Assembly (NCBI GenBank): GCA_951406725.2
Contig: OX597815.1
Location: forward strand, 134,540,001 to 134,604,000
Direction: 5' to 3'
DNA: 64,000 nucleotides
From: Octopus vulgaris
Taxonomy: Eukaryota
In this document: positions 42,070 through 55,920 of the stretch, in pieces
Position numbering within the stretch: position 1 is the first letter of the stretch
How the letters are laid out: every line of letters begins with the position of its first letter
Made by a program: the position numbers and the translations under genes
The notes under the pieces: generated by a model
What the model was told of the DNA's origin: nothing
Databases searched by the model: none
What the model saw: the letters and a program-made list of their open reading frames with translations, nothing else

Positions 42070-42431
42070 GATACATGAAAAATATTAAAAAAAAAAAAAA
42101 AATTAAAATAAAAAGAGATGGTGAAGTATAGGCTGGTAGTTGTAGAGATATTCGAACATGCAATATTTGCCAAATAGAAATTCAAATGACAGGTTATTTA
42201 TGGTCGCGCATGCGCGTAGACTGTAGTCCGGTCAGGAACACTTCTCTCCGGCCGGAGCCAGTATAATAGAGGCTACTGTTTATTATTGGGCATGTTGAAA
42301 GTCCATTATGAGCGTGTATGTTTTAAAATCGTATCACATGTATACATGTTTACATCTATGTCTACATATGTGTATGTGTGCGTGCGTGCGTGCCTGCGAG
42401 TGTATGTGTGTGTGTGTGTGTGTGCGCGCGG

Positions 42432-42463
<32 letters not shown>

Positions 42464-42548
42464 CTCTGTGTGTGTGTGTGTGTGTGTCTGTACGGCTGCT
42501 TAATCTATAACCATGACGCATTGAATTCTTCATTCCACCACTGTACCT

Positions 42549-42775
42549 ATTTCTTTATTACCCACAAGGGGCTAAACACAGAGGGAACAAACAAGGACAG
42601 ACATTAAGTCGATTACATCGACCCCAGTGCGTAACTGGTACTTAATTTATCGACCCCGAAAGGATGAAAGGCAAAGTCGACCTCGGCGGAATTTGAACTC
42701 AGAACGTAGCGGCAGACGAAATACCGCTCAGCATTTCGTCCGGCGCGCTAACGTTTCTGCCAGCTCGCCGCCTTA
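42549..42775 (-). mobile_element. SINE family B monomer with an 18-bp TSD
   Basis: TSD cattccaccactgtacct at 42531-42548 and 42776-42793. Confidence 0.92.
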
Positions 42776-42832
42776 CATTCCACCACTGTACCTCTTGTTA
42801 CTTCTAACAATATCTACCTGTCAACCATCTTA

Positions 42833-42883
<51 letters not shown>

Positions 42884-43324
42884 ATATGTGTGTGTGCCTA
42901 TGTGTGTGTGTGTGTGTGTGTGTGCGTGTGCGTGTTTGTGTGTGTGCGCTGTAACCTTTCTCGAACCTAAGATTTCATACTGATGGGAATTCAAAAGATA
43001 ACATAAATTCTATAAAAAGTAACTGTGTATCCATCTTCCCTGTTCTTATTCTTCCACTCCACAAACGTGTGTGTGTGTACGGAGTGGGGAGAGAGAGAGA
43101 GAGAGAGAGTGAGTGTCTGTAGGAAAGCTCAACGCATCGTGCATCAGAAGAAACGAAGTAAATTTAAATATTACAAAAACTGTCTCTGGATGAAATACTA
43201 TTTTCCGGTTTGTTAACCGCTCTTCAGAGACAAATATTCGGTTTCTTTCCCAATCAATAAGAATAGCAGTTAGCTAGTATATAAAGCCTTCATACGCACA
43301 GACACAGACACAGACAGACAGACA

Positions 43325-43387
<63 letters not shown>

Positions 43388-43407
43388 AGACACACATAAA
43401 TATATAA

Positions 43408-44960
43408 TACTAGTTTCAACTCGAGAGTTGCAGCCATTCTGGAGCACCGCCGTTAGCTTTCACTATTTGAAACATCCTCAGATACGTGACATTTGGTGAA
43501 TGAGGGAGTTTTATGTTGCTGCCTTATCTGCGTTTCCTCAGGAACTCTTGACAGAAGGAGAAACTTACATCCACCCTATGTAGGTCCCTCGCCCTCTTGG
43601 GAAAATATTGAAGACCTGTGGACTCTTGAAACCCAAGCTGTTGCAGTATCTGGACCTGTAATCTGATGGCAATGTTCGGATTTTCGGCACTATGCTGTGG
43701 CGCCCCATTCTACTGTTTGCATATCTTTCAATCTTTCCAGGATTTTCTAGATGTATATCATTGCATACATTTCCCGCCTTCATTCTAGGGAATAGAATCT
43801 TAACTTTTTTTAGCCTCTACCAGTAGTTGACATATCGAATTGAGATGATTTTCGTGCAGCTTCGCTGGATTGATCGAGTTCCACCGTTAATTTTACAGTG
43901 TGTGATGGCCTTAGTTGGGAACAATGTCCTCTAGAGAACAAATATCCTCTGAAGCCCAGCATGGTTTTCTGTTCTCTCGTTCTCAAAGTTCTAAGGATCC
44001 ATCCGGCTAGCCACCTGCATTTTATTGGCAATTCAGTAATATGCAGCTGAAAAGATACATAATTTCTCATATCAATGCCCAGATTGTGCAGACTGATTTT
44101 GATTCCGGGGTTGCAATCTCTCCTGGGCCGGTGTATCCTGTTTGAATTTCATTCAGCTTTGTGAGCCTGTAGTACAGAGCTTGGAATTTTTTAGCATTAA
44201 ACTGCATATTACTGTCCTCAGCCCACTTGTATATTGCAACCAACTCCTGTTGCTGGTGTGCAACCCCTCTAGGATGGGTTCTGTATTCTTATGTAAGACT
44301 TTTGTATCACCAGCACAGCTAGGTGGCTCTCTGAGAGACTGAATGCCTGTCTGAGAGGGCTAATATGAATAGCAGTGACACCAAAACAGTGTCATGTGGG
44401 ACACTACTCATTACTTGCATTTCATCGGAGATAGCTCTGTTGGCTAGTATTACCTGATTTCTATCTTTTAGAAAGTCGTGTAGCCACTCTCCAATGTCGA
44501 TATCACGCAGATTATGACATATCGTTCCATGGTCGATATTATCAAAGGCTTGTGTGAAATCGAGATATATATTACGTCTTCATTTGAATTGCTTTAACAT
44601 TCAGTGGTGGCGCTGTAAGGGTTATGTTAGGCAGCTTTTACCAGGTTGAAAACCGTTCTGGTCAGTCAGCAAGCCACGCTCTTCAAGGAATGGAATTAGT
44701 TTCCTTCGGGTCATTCGTTCATGGCTGTACTGATGTGAGGCCAGAGAGATAGGCCTATAGTTTTTAGCACCTGCTCGGCTTCTTCCCTTATGGATAGGGC
44801 ATATTCATTCTTTCAATTTTCCTGGTAGCTTATCACTTGCAAGGAAGCTCTGAATGAGAAGCTGCAGTGGTTTTGCAAGGGCTCGTTTGCATGATTTGAG
44901 AAGGATTGCTGGAACCAGCAACTGAGTTTGCATCTACCTCACCTTCTTTAATGTCGATGT
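43408..44960 (-). mobile_element. Decayed CR1-like LINE 3' half
   Basis: GFQPGKSCLT, YLDFTQAFDNIDHG, GWILRTLRTRE, YCNSLGFKSPQVFN; 3' tail GGCGGTGCTCCAG...TGAAACTAG. Confidence 0.85.
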
Positions 44961-45059
44961 AATCAATCGTTATATGTATATGCATACAAACATACATACA
45001 TACATATATATATATATATTTATATATACATACATACATATACATATATGTATGTATAT

Positions 45060-45132
<73 letters not shown>

Positions 45133-45133
<1 letters not shown>

Positions 45134-46440
45134 TAGCAAACGTACCCGTTCTTTGGACGGTTTAAGTTGCTTTCATGGTATTTTTTTCACCAAATAATTG
45201 AACTACAGAGAAGGTTTATGTGTAGTATGGCAATCTGTTTCCGATTAACCTAGAAACGGAAAATCAAATTGAAGGCTGGTTATTGTGGAGGTCGTTGCAC
45301 TTTGATTATCATTGAACATATAAGTTTGCAAGTGATGTAAAGTGGAGCTACTGGAGTGTTTTGAGAGTCGATTACGGATAATGACTACAAAATATAGTTG
45401 TTTTACATGACAGCGATATTTCTTGTCAGAAACAGCCACATGAATGGTGTAAGGAAATTGAAGGAAGATGTTGAAGCTTCCCCTCTGCGAGTTTATTTTT
45501 TCAACAGCAAAGGAAGCTATTTTTTTCGGAGAGAAAAGCTAACAAAACCCCTTTATTCTATTTTCCCACATAGCGTGCACATAAACTAACAGCGAATGTT
45601 GCATTAAGTTAAATTGGTATGGAGCTTTCTGAAAGATACATATACCTTTCACTAGTGGAAGCAAAACTCTTATTTAAAGGTTGATTCTTTGGGACGAATC
45701 ATATGTGAGTGTTTAAAAAAGGCTAGAATGACAATGCTAAAACCTATTTGAAACAATGGACAGCAGTCGAAATATCATAATGGCTGGGTAAAGAAGCATC
45801 CTTAAAGTGAAACAACGGTATCAAAGGTTAAAAAAAAAAGGTATCAACAATCAGAAGAGAGGGAAGGGAACATCACCTTTCAAGTCTCTCAGAATAGGTA
45901 AAGATAAGCTTGCCAAAGTTTAATGCAGTTTCAATATGTAAATTAAGATAGTTTGGTATTGGAAATTCATCACGTAATGTTTTCCTAGTCAACTGAATCA
46001 CCGTCGTAAGTGGACAGCAGAAATAAATAGACGAAATCCTTTCACTTTTATAAAAAGATTAAAAAGAAAATGAGGGCAAAAAGCACTCGTTTTTTCACAA
46101 TGAACAATCGTTTCCTAGTAGCCGGAATTTCGCGACAAAATGTATGTTTATTAAGCACAACAGCCTGCAGTGCATGCCGCTGGGCTTTAAAAGCCAATCG
46201 CACAAACTTAGAGGAGCACTGGGCCCCCTTGAATCGATAAAAAATCACTCTTTTTACCATACCAACCACATCTTTATAGCTTGCGAATTTTAACCATCGC
46301 GGTCTCATCTTCACCACGCATTTAGTATCCCTGCCAATTTTCAGCTTGATCCTAGCCTCAGGTTGGCCGCCATTAACCGTCAAAGCAAAATGTGCATACA
46401 ATTTTCGTCCAAGGACTGTTTTATAGATATAGTTATAGAT
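45133..46440 (-). mobile_element. Non-autonomous Helitron
   Basis: Minus 5' TCTATAAAACAG..., 3' hairpin CCGTccaaagaACGG then CTAG at 45133-45136. Confidence 0.65.
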
Positions 46441-46788
46441 AAAGTTATAGCCTCTGACTGTTTGTTATCGAACTTCTATATATATATATATATATATAGT
46501 GTTAATCCAAACATTAAAACACAAAGAGAAAACACAACGCAAGGACGTGGAACAAATATAGTATTATTGGACGCTCATGAAGGAAGAGAAGAAGGAGGGT
46601 TTTAGGTTTCGAGCGGAGCTCTTCGTCAGAAACATAGGAAATGGAAAGATCCAGAGAAGGGAAGACGGAGGGAAAAATCGCCAACGGTACACACGCGGTC
46701 ACATTTTGAATTACATATATATATATATATACATGTATAAATATATATGTATGTATGTATGTATGTATATATATATATATATTATATA

Positions 46789-46861
<73 letters not shown>

Positions 46862-47561
46862 TTTATACATGTATATACATATATATATATATGTAATTCA
46901 AAATGTGACCACGTGTGTACCGTTGGCGATTTTTCCCTCCGTCTTCCCTTCTCTGGATCTTTCCTTTTCCTATGTTTCTGACGAAGAGCTCCGCTCGAAA
47001 CGTAAAACCCTCCTTCTTCTCTTCCTTCATGAGCGTCCAATAATACTATATTTGTTCCACGTCCTTGCGTTGTGTTTTCTCTTTGTGTTTTAATGTTTGG
47101 ATTAACACTATATATATATATATATATATATAGAAGTTCGATAACAAACAGTCAGAGGCTATAACTTTATCTATATCTATATCTATAAAACAGTCCTTGG
47201 ACGAAAATTGTATGCACATTTTGCTTTGACGGTTAATGGCGGCCAACCTGAGGCTAGGATCAAGCTGAAAATTGGCAGGGATACTAAATGCGTGGTGAAG
47301 ATGAGACCCGCGATGGTTAAAATTCGCAAGCTATAAAGATGTGGTTGGTATGGTAAAAAGAGTGATTTTTTATCGATTCAAGGGGGCCCAGTGCTCCTCT
47401 AAGTTTGTGCGATTGGCTTTTAAAGCCCAGCGGCATGCACTGCGGGCTGTTGTGCTAAATAAACATACATTTTGTCGCGAAATTCCGGCTACTAGGAAAC
47501 GATTGTTCATTGTGAAAAAACGAGTGCTTTTTGCCCTCATTTTCTTTTTTAATCTTTTTAT

Positions 47562-47562
<1 letters not shown>
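46049..47562. repeat. 1.5-kb near-perfect palindrome centred on (TA)n
   Basis: 46049-46716 is the reverse complement of 46891-47562; the spacer microsatellites are mirrored too. Confidence 0.95.
46974..47008 (+). ncRNA. Minimal type I hammerhead ribozyme (PLE type)
   Basis: GTTT-CTGACGA-A-GAGC-tcc-GCTC-GAAACGTA^AAAC; the left-arm copy has GAAACCTA. Confidence 0.75.
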
Positions 47563-47596
<34 letters not shown>

Positions 47597-47897
47597 TCAT
47601 ATTTATATATGCATGAATATATATGTATATAAGCATGTATATATATATGCATACATATATGTTCATATATACGTATATACATACACATATTTGTAAGATT
47701 AATATTTATATATGCATTGGAGCTACCCACCTGAAGATATAGAGATGCACACGTATTCTTGGTTATATCAATGCAATAATGTGCATAATGCGTGAAATAC
47801 TTCTCAATTTGTAGCTGATACCAATGCACAGAAACAATTGTCGTGATTTAGATTAAAGCCCGCTCATTCCATCTCCTGGCATTATAATTTCTTTTGT

Positions 47898-48492
47898 TAA
47901 GGCGGCGAGCTGGCAGAAATGTTAGCACGACGGGCGAAATGCTTAGCGGTATTTCGTCTGCCGCTACGTTCTGAGTTCAAATTCCGCTGATGTCCACTTT
48001 GCCTTTCATCCTTTCGGGGTCGATAAATTAAGTACCAGTTACGCACTGTGGTCGATGTAATAGACTTAATCCGTTTGTCTGTCATTGTTTGTCCTCTCTA
48101 TGTTTAGCCCCATGTGGGTAGTAAAGAAATAGGTATTTCGTCTGCCGTTACGTTGTAAGTTCAAATTCCGCCGAGGTCGACTTTGCCTTTCATCCTTTCG
48201 GGGTCGATAAATTAAGTACCAGTTACGCACTAGGGTCGATATAATCGACTTAATCCGTTTGTCTGTCCTTGTTTGTCCTCTCTGTATTGAGCCCCTTGTG
48301 GGTAGTAAAGAAATAGGTATTTCGTCTGTCTTTACGTTCTGAGTTCGACTTTGCTTTTCATCGCCGAGGTCGACTTTGCTTTTCATCGTTTCGGGATCAA
48401 TAAATTAAGTACCAGTTGTGCACTGGAGTCAATCTAGTCGACTGTCCCCACCGCAAAAGAAAATTCGGGCCTTGTGCCTAGAGTAAAAAAAG
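47898..48492 (+). mobile_element. SINE family B trimer with a 17-bp TSD and an alternative last tail
   Basis: TSD attataatttcttttgt at 47881-47897 and 48493-48509. Confidence 0.9.
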
Positions 48493-48599
48493 ATTATAAT
48501 TTCTTTTGTATGAAGTCTGCGGATATTAACGGATATTAACATGTATAACTAGGAATGGAGAAAATCTTCTAGACGATACTCGCAGAGGAGCTTTGTAAA

Positions 48600-48643
<44 letters not shown>

Positions 48644-48910
48644 TTTAGTGAATATTGTGTCATTTTTGTCAGACTTTGCTTATGTGAATCTGTTATCGTC
48701 CTTTAACTTTATCTCCCTATCATCCTGTTCTTTCTCTTTCAAAGGTTGTTTCCCTCTTAAGGCTTTTCTAAGTATACACTCGCTTTTCTTACTCTTTACT
48801 CTTTCCATACATTCTGTATCCCTTACTCACTACTTCTTCTATTTCTATCCTGTTTACCGTTTTCCTTTTTGGATAAATTCATCTTTTTCACCTCTCTCTC
48901 TCTCTCTCTC

Positions 48911-48947
<37 letters not shown>

Positions 48948-49433
48948 TTCTCTCTTTCTCGCATATTATTATCTCCTTTCTTCCGCACCCTCTGCTTCAT
49001 GACTCCCTTCACCGATATGCCTTGACCTTGAGAAGAAGCAGATTAGAGATTCTAAATCTTCAACAAACAAATAAAACAAGCAAAGTCAAACATAACATTG
49101 TAATAAATAACAGAACAAAATCATGATATCAAATACTTGGATTTGATATGGGAAATATATAATTGCTGATATACCGTTTACATTGGAAGGTCTTATTGAC
49201 ATAACGATATCGCTATGTGGTATCAACCAAAGAGTGGAACAACGTTAAACATAACTATAGATATATATATATAATACATGCAGCCCCTCATGTATCTATA
49301 CGCACGTGCGTGTGTGTGTGTGTGTATGTGTATATGTGTTTCTGCGTGTCCCCGTTCGCGTGTGTAACTATATGTATACAAACACACACACATACACACA
49401 CATATATGTATAATGCATACTTATATGTGTGTA

Positions 49434-49573
<140 letters not shown>

Positions 49574-50522
49574 CATATATATATATATATATATATGTAT
49601 AAAACATGCTTATATATGGGTGTGTGTGCATAAACACACATACAAGTATGCATTTGTGAATATATATGTATGTTTATGTATGTATGTATGTATGTATGTA
49701 TGTATGTATACATGTATGTATACATTTATGTATGCATGAATGTATGTGTGTGTGTGTGCGTGTGTGTCTATGTATCAGCAGTGGTGGTTATGACGATATG
49801 TACGTATACAATCTACTATATGCAAACACCCACCCACTCTCCGATATTTTCTTACACGCACCCGCAACCATGTGTACATTCACAAATTCACATTAGTGCA
49901 CATGTATTGTACAAAAATGTATTGCAACGTTATACGATTTGCTGCACCATTGTATAAAAGCAATAAACAGAAAATCAAATCAATAATAAGATTTCAATCC
50001 CCAGCCATCTAGAATTTTCCCTTGAAACAGTTATTTTTTTACCAAAAAGCAGCAATATTTTCATGATGCGAAAACTGCTACACAACCCATTGTATGTATT
50101 GTAATGTGGAGCCAACGTTCTGATACATAAAGGCAATATATATTAATTGGCTTAATTTACTCATTCAGAAATGAGAACAATGACGTCTTAAATAACTAAT
50201 TCTTGGATAAAAAGGTAGGGAAAAATAACTCCGAAATTTTAATAATTTTTGTTTTTTTATTTGCTACACGAAGTATGCTAGCGCTCTTTTTACTATTTAT
50301 CTTTTATGCAACAGGTGTCTTCGTATCTTTGTATCTCTACATCCAATCATACTGTCGTTCAATGCTCGAAATGAGGAGTAGATAGACAACTGATGAAGGA
50401 TCGTTCTTTGTGTTACATGTCCTGTTTTCCATTTATTTCTCTCGTTGCTTGCGTATTGAACTCATTTGTTTTCGTATTTCATGCTGTTTACTGTTGGCGA
50501 CGTCCTGTACCCATATATGCGC

Positions 50523-50599
<77 letters not shown>

Positions 50600-50724
50600 T
50601 AAGACAGTGGTCACTATATTGCTCACTCTAGCACCAGTTAATCCAAAGGTTTCGGAGCACTAGGCCACTTGGTGTTGAATAAATATACTATTAAATTAGT
50701 ATCTAATTCTCTCACCCTTATTAA

Positions 50725-50776
<52 letters not shown>

Positions 50777-50836
50777 CAATTGTTTGTTTGTTTTCCACCT
50801 GCCTTCGTCTTTTGTCTATTTTCATAAAGCTTCCCG

Positions 50837-50911
<75 letters not shown>

Positions 50912-51123
50912 TATGAGCCTAGAAGGGAGATTGTATGTGGTCGTTCGAATGCTTGAAACAGCAGCCATATTTATTTCGAATAATACCTCGAAGTCTTACA
51001 ATAATAACTGCACACATCGGACAATATAGCCTTGATTAACATATGATAAGATGGTCTCTTCTGAAACGCCTTTAATCGGAAGTGTACACGAACAGATTTG
51101 AACCAAGGCTAAACAACAAAATA

Positions 51124-51175
<52 letters not shown>

Positions 51176-52037
51176 ATGTGTGTGTATAATTATATATATA
51201 ATGCACACACAAATACACACACATACCTATACATACACACGTACACATAAATATATTTGTGAATTTACCACGCTACTATTAATTTCATGCGATGCATCAC
51301 ACTTATCAAGCTTTCCACTTAAAAATGGCGGTAATCAGTTGCCATTTTGGATATGGCTGCGTAAGGTTACACTAAACTACAAGACTTGATACGATATTCG
51401 AAGGAATGTAGTCAGATACAAGATACACACCTCTCCTTATCTGAGTGTCTTGCATCTGAGTATCATTCCATTCCTCCAAACAACGTTTGAAGTCTTGTAA
51501 ACGTACTTTCCCAGTCCAAGCTTCTAAAAGTAACAGTATTGAGTTAGCACTCAAGTAAAGTTTTACCGTGAAATTTCTCTCTCTCTTTCTCTCTCTCTCT
51601 CTTGTCTCTCACTCACTATCTTCCTTCCTTCCTTCCTACCACCCACCTTCCCTCCCTCTCTTCTTTCATTCCTTTCTCTCTCTCGCTTTCTTCTCTCCCT
51701 CTCTCTGCTGTATACATACATACATACATACATACATACATACATACATACATACATACATACATACATACATACATACACACACATACACACATATAAT
51801 TGTATATAGAACACTATATTAATTAATGAACCTCCAACTCAGTCTGATTTTCACGTTTTATTATTTGTAATTTTTGCAATTTTATAATTTTACAATATTG
51901 AAATAAACTAGTACTTTCATTCGTTACGCAGTCATCAGGTTATTGTGGTGACAGTCATGTTCCACAATTGACAATTGTGGAACACGTCTGTCACTGCATA
52001 AATCATGAATATAGCAATGACAAGAGCTTTTGGATAG

Positions 52038-52278
52038 AAATTCATAAATCTTTTAATGCATTGCAACGTATGTTTCCTCATGTTTTAGTTGTGATATTCC
52101 CTATCCATAGGATATTACAAACATGATTTTTGCCTGAAGAAACGAACACATGTATTATCATTCCCCTTAAAATCTATGGATTGTGCAAATCATATTTATA
52201 ATACCCTATGGATAGGGAATAGAGCAACTAAAACATGAGGAAACGTACGTTGCAATGCATTTAAGAATTTATAAATTT
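52038..52278. mobile_element. Fold-back element (about 95-bp arms) closing on a degenerate HHR-like loop
   Basis: Arms 52038-52133 / 52185-52278; loop starts CTGAAGA and ends aAAA-TC-tatg-GA-TT. Confidence 0.7.
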
Positions 52279-52329
52279 CCTCCCAAAGGTTCTTAATTTT
52301 AACCAGCATGACTTTCGCTGCGGCAGGGA

Positions 52330-53578
52330 CTGTCTAACAAAACTCTTACATTACATCGATGATGTCCTTAAAGCTTTCGAGTCAGGTTTGAACTCTGATA
52401 GCAAAACGTTCGACAGAGTCGACCACAATATCCTACTGTCAAAATTGTCAAATATTGCAATCCGTGGAAAACTACTACACCGGCTTGAGTATTTTCTGGA
52501 GAACAGAACACAACATTTTATGATCGGTGGAATCCACTGAAGCCCAGCAAAAGTCACCACTGGTGTCCTGCTTCTGTTTATAGTCTATATAAACGACATT
52601 TCAAGCGTCGTCAAACACAACAAAATGAAAATATTCGCCAATGACTCCAAACTTCAGAAAATTATCAACGGAGGAGAAGGCTGAACTGAACTCCAGTCTA
52701 ATCTACACTGTAAGACAAAAACAAAATGCGACTAAACGAGGGAAAATTTAAACTGATGCATTTTAGAAAAAAAAGACTATGCTAAAACAACCACATTCTC
52801 TTCCATCAGGGAAACCCCTCACGGCATTTAATAATATCAGAGACTAGGAGTAATTGCTGACAACAATCACGACTGGAATTTCCACATCAACAATAAAGTT
52901 AATATAGTTCGCAAGGTGAGTTCTTGGATCCTAAGAACCTTCCGGTCCAGAGAACAAGGTGTCATAATTCCTCTTTTCTCCTCCTTTTTACGGCCACACC
53001 TAGAATACTGCTGCCCCCTGTGGTCTCCCCACACGAAACAACATTTCGAGAAACGAATCACCTCAGAGGGCATGACTGATCTCGATTACTGGGACTGCCT
53101 TAAATCATTGAAACTGTTCTCTCCAGCGCTGCCGTGAGCAATACATCATTTACATAATGTGAAGAATATACCACCAGCATTGCCCAAACAATCTTAACGT
53201 TAGTTTCAGAATTCATCAAAAGCTAGGGCCACGTACTATAGTCCTCTACCCTGTTAAGGATCACAACACATAAGTACACTGCTACACAATTTCTTTCCCT
53301 CAACAGGCCCTGCCCTAATAACATTGGCCCCAAATAAATCAAAGAGGGAAAAAAACCCCATCACCTTTAAATGGGATCTGGACAAATTTCTTCAAGAGAT
53401 ACCAGATAAACCACCTATACCTGGATACAACTCATTCAACAAGAGCTCACTACATGAATGAGCCACGATACCACAAAACTTGACTTAAGAAGGATTTAGC
53501 AAATCCTATCAGGTGATGCTATTAAGTTAGACATGGTCTGGGCTAGCCTTTGGTCGAAACACATCTAAGTTATCTAAG
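52330..53578 (+). mobile_element. Decayed CR1-like LINE 3' half
   Basis: SKTFDRVDHNILLSKL, IFANDSKL, SWILRTFRSRE..RPHLEYCCPLWSPH; ends in tctaagt repeats. Confidence 0.85.
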
Positions 53579-53649
<71 letters not shown>

Positions 53650-53651
<2 letters not shown>

Positions 53652-54010
53652 AGGGCATGGCTTCCGGGTTCAATTCCACTTCCACTTAAAACTCTGGGCA
53701 TACCAAACCCTTCTGAATTGATTTGGTAAGTGGAAACTGTGTCCGTGTATGTGCGTATGTGTTTATGTGCATGTATATATTTATGCGTGAGTAATTTTTG
53801 TTTGTGTTTGCCCACTTCCACCACTTGACAACCGGCGTTCTTTTGTTTACGTTACCGTAAATTAGAAGTTCTGCAAAAGAGCTCGACAGAATACATACTA
53901 GGCTCAAAAAGAAAATAACTTCTGAGATCCATTTACTCGACTAAACTCTTCATGGCAGTGTCCCAGCATGGCCGCAGGCCAATGACTGAAACAAGTAAAA
54001 GAAAAAGATA
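53650..54010 (+). mobile_element. SINE family A copy
   Basis: ccgggttcaattcc head; tail cagcatggccgcaggccaatgactgaaacaagtaaaag. Confidence 0.8.
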
Positions 54011-54049
54011 AAGCCAAGATATATATAATACAGTTTAAGAGAGGAGGAA

Positions 54050-54189
54050 TTATGAACATTATTTACATTATTTAAATTTGACGGATATTTGTCCTCATTT
54101 TGTTTGTTGTTAACACAACGTTTCGGCTGATATACCCTCCAGCCTTCATCATGTGTTTTGGGGGAAATTTCTTAGGTATTTTTCGATGT

Positions 54190-54230
<41 letters not shown>

Positions 54231-54250
54231 TAATAATAATAATAATAATG

Positions 54251-54319
<69 letters not shown>

Positions 54320-54458
54320 TCAAAAAATGTCTTAGAAATGAGAACCCAGGTTCGAAGTTTCCCCAAGACACCTGATGAAGGCTGGAGGGTATATCAACCG
54401 AAACGGTGTGTTAACAACAAACATGATGAGCACAAATATCCGTCAAGTGTAAATAATG

Positions 54459-54463
<5 letters not shown>
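54050..54463. mobile_element. Head-to-head HHR-element pair around a (TAA)n array
   Basis: 54060-54171 is the reverse complement of 54355-54463; consensus GACAC-CTGATGA-A-GGCTG...CAGCC-GAAACGTT^GTGTT. Confidence 0.8.
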
Positions 54464-54496
<33 letters not shown>

Positions 54497-54889
54497 CACA
54501 CTGAGGGAGTGGGGGAGGGGCGGGAAGAGAGGAAGTTTGGAGTAACAACTTACTCTCTGGTGGACTTGATTGTTAAGAACGATGTACCTTGGCTACAGAT
54601 AACAAAGAACCAGTGATAGAATTTTATCAGTTCTTCTGCCTATGCATTTCTGTAGTAGAGTGTTCATTATAACCACTGACGCTGATTCCAGTACTATTTC
54701 CACTGCTAAAACTTATAGCTTTATTTACCATCTTATAACTAGGATATATGACTAACTCTATTTGATCTACAATTTATGATTTTACTTAAACAGCAAATAT
54801 ATCCCACTGTGAGTTAACAACTTGAAGCTGAAGAAACAGAAATATCATCTTGAAACTTTTGATGAAGCTTTTAAACGTTTATATAACCT

Positions 54890-55700
54890 AGACAGTTGCT
54901 CCTAAGAAAATCAAGATAAAAGTAAGAAAGCCAGGATAGATGAACTTAAAAGTATAATATAATATAAATATTATATAAATATATGCATATATACATACGT
55001 ATATGTACATATCTACATCTATATGTATATATACATGCATATATGGGTACAGGACATCAAAAAACGTTGAACACAATGAGGAACGAAAACATAAACACAA
55101 AAACATATAAACGAACTTTTTTTCACACAACGAAAAAAAAAACACGGAAACAAGACATACAACACAGGGAATATTCTCCTTCTTCAGTTGCCCCTCTTTA
55201 ATCTACTCAGCGTTTTGAAGGTAAGGACAAGACGCGACTTCGTTGAAACAGTCCTTTCTGCAAAGCAAATTAAATAAAATTCGGGATTTTTTACGGAGAG
55301 TGAAAGTAATTACAAGAACAGGACAGTAAGAACAAAACAGTAAAAACAATAAAAAAGTAAAAACAGTAAAATGCAGAACAAGAACAAAATAGTAAAAACA
55401 AACGATGAGGGATTTTAAGCAAAGACGATGGAAAAATTATTCTGAACGCTTAAGGAGACAACTTATGAAGAGACAGGATAAGCTGGTCTGGTCTTTGTGA
55501 AGATAGCAGTCGGAAAGATGGCTTCCCTCTGATCACGTATCAGCGACGAGAGACTCGAGGAGGCGGAGTAAGAGGGAGGGAACTGTGAAGGGGAGAGGAG
55601 AAGAATAGGGAAGGGTGGGAGAGAAAACCAGAAAGGATGAAGAACAAGAGAGGGAGAGAGATAGACAGAGAAGAGATAGTAAAGAAGAAGAGTGCGCATC
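54890..55700 (-). mobile_element. Unclassified TA-flanked repeat, possibly PLE-derived; relative at 50200-50525 (+)
   Basis: Shared gtcctgtacccatatatgc and caactga(a/t)gaagga. Confidence 0.45.
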
Positions 55701-55920
55701 ATATATATATATATATGTATATGTATATATATGTATGTATATATGTATGTACATACACACACATACACACACACACGCGCATATATATATATATATATAT
55801 AAATTTGCTTAGAGGATATGTTAACCTCATAAAAGGATCGTTATATCCAAGGAAATATTGGTCCTGCACCTAATATTTTTGAGAAATGAAATTTCCTAAA
55901 ACAAATAGGCATATATTAAG

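Noticed and set aside
45590-45720. Helitron helicase motif LILWDES
   Set aside because: A single short match, opposite to the inferred element orientation
50366-50400. Permuted (type II) hammerhead GAAA...CTGATGA
   Set aside because: Stems I and II do not pair convincingly
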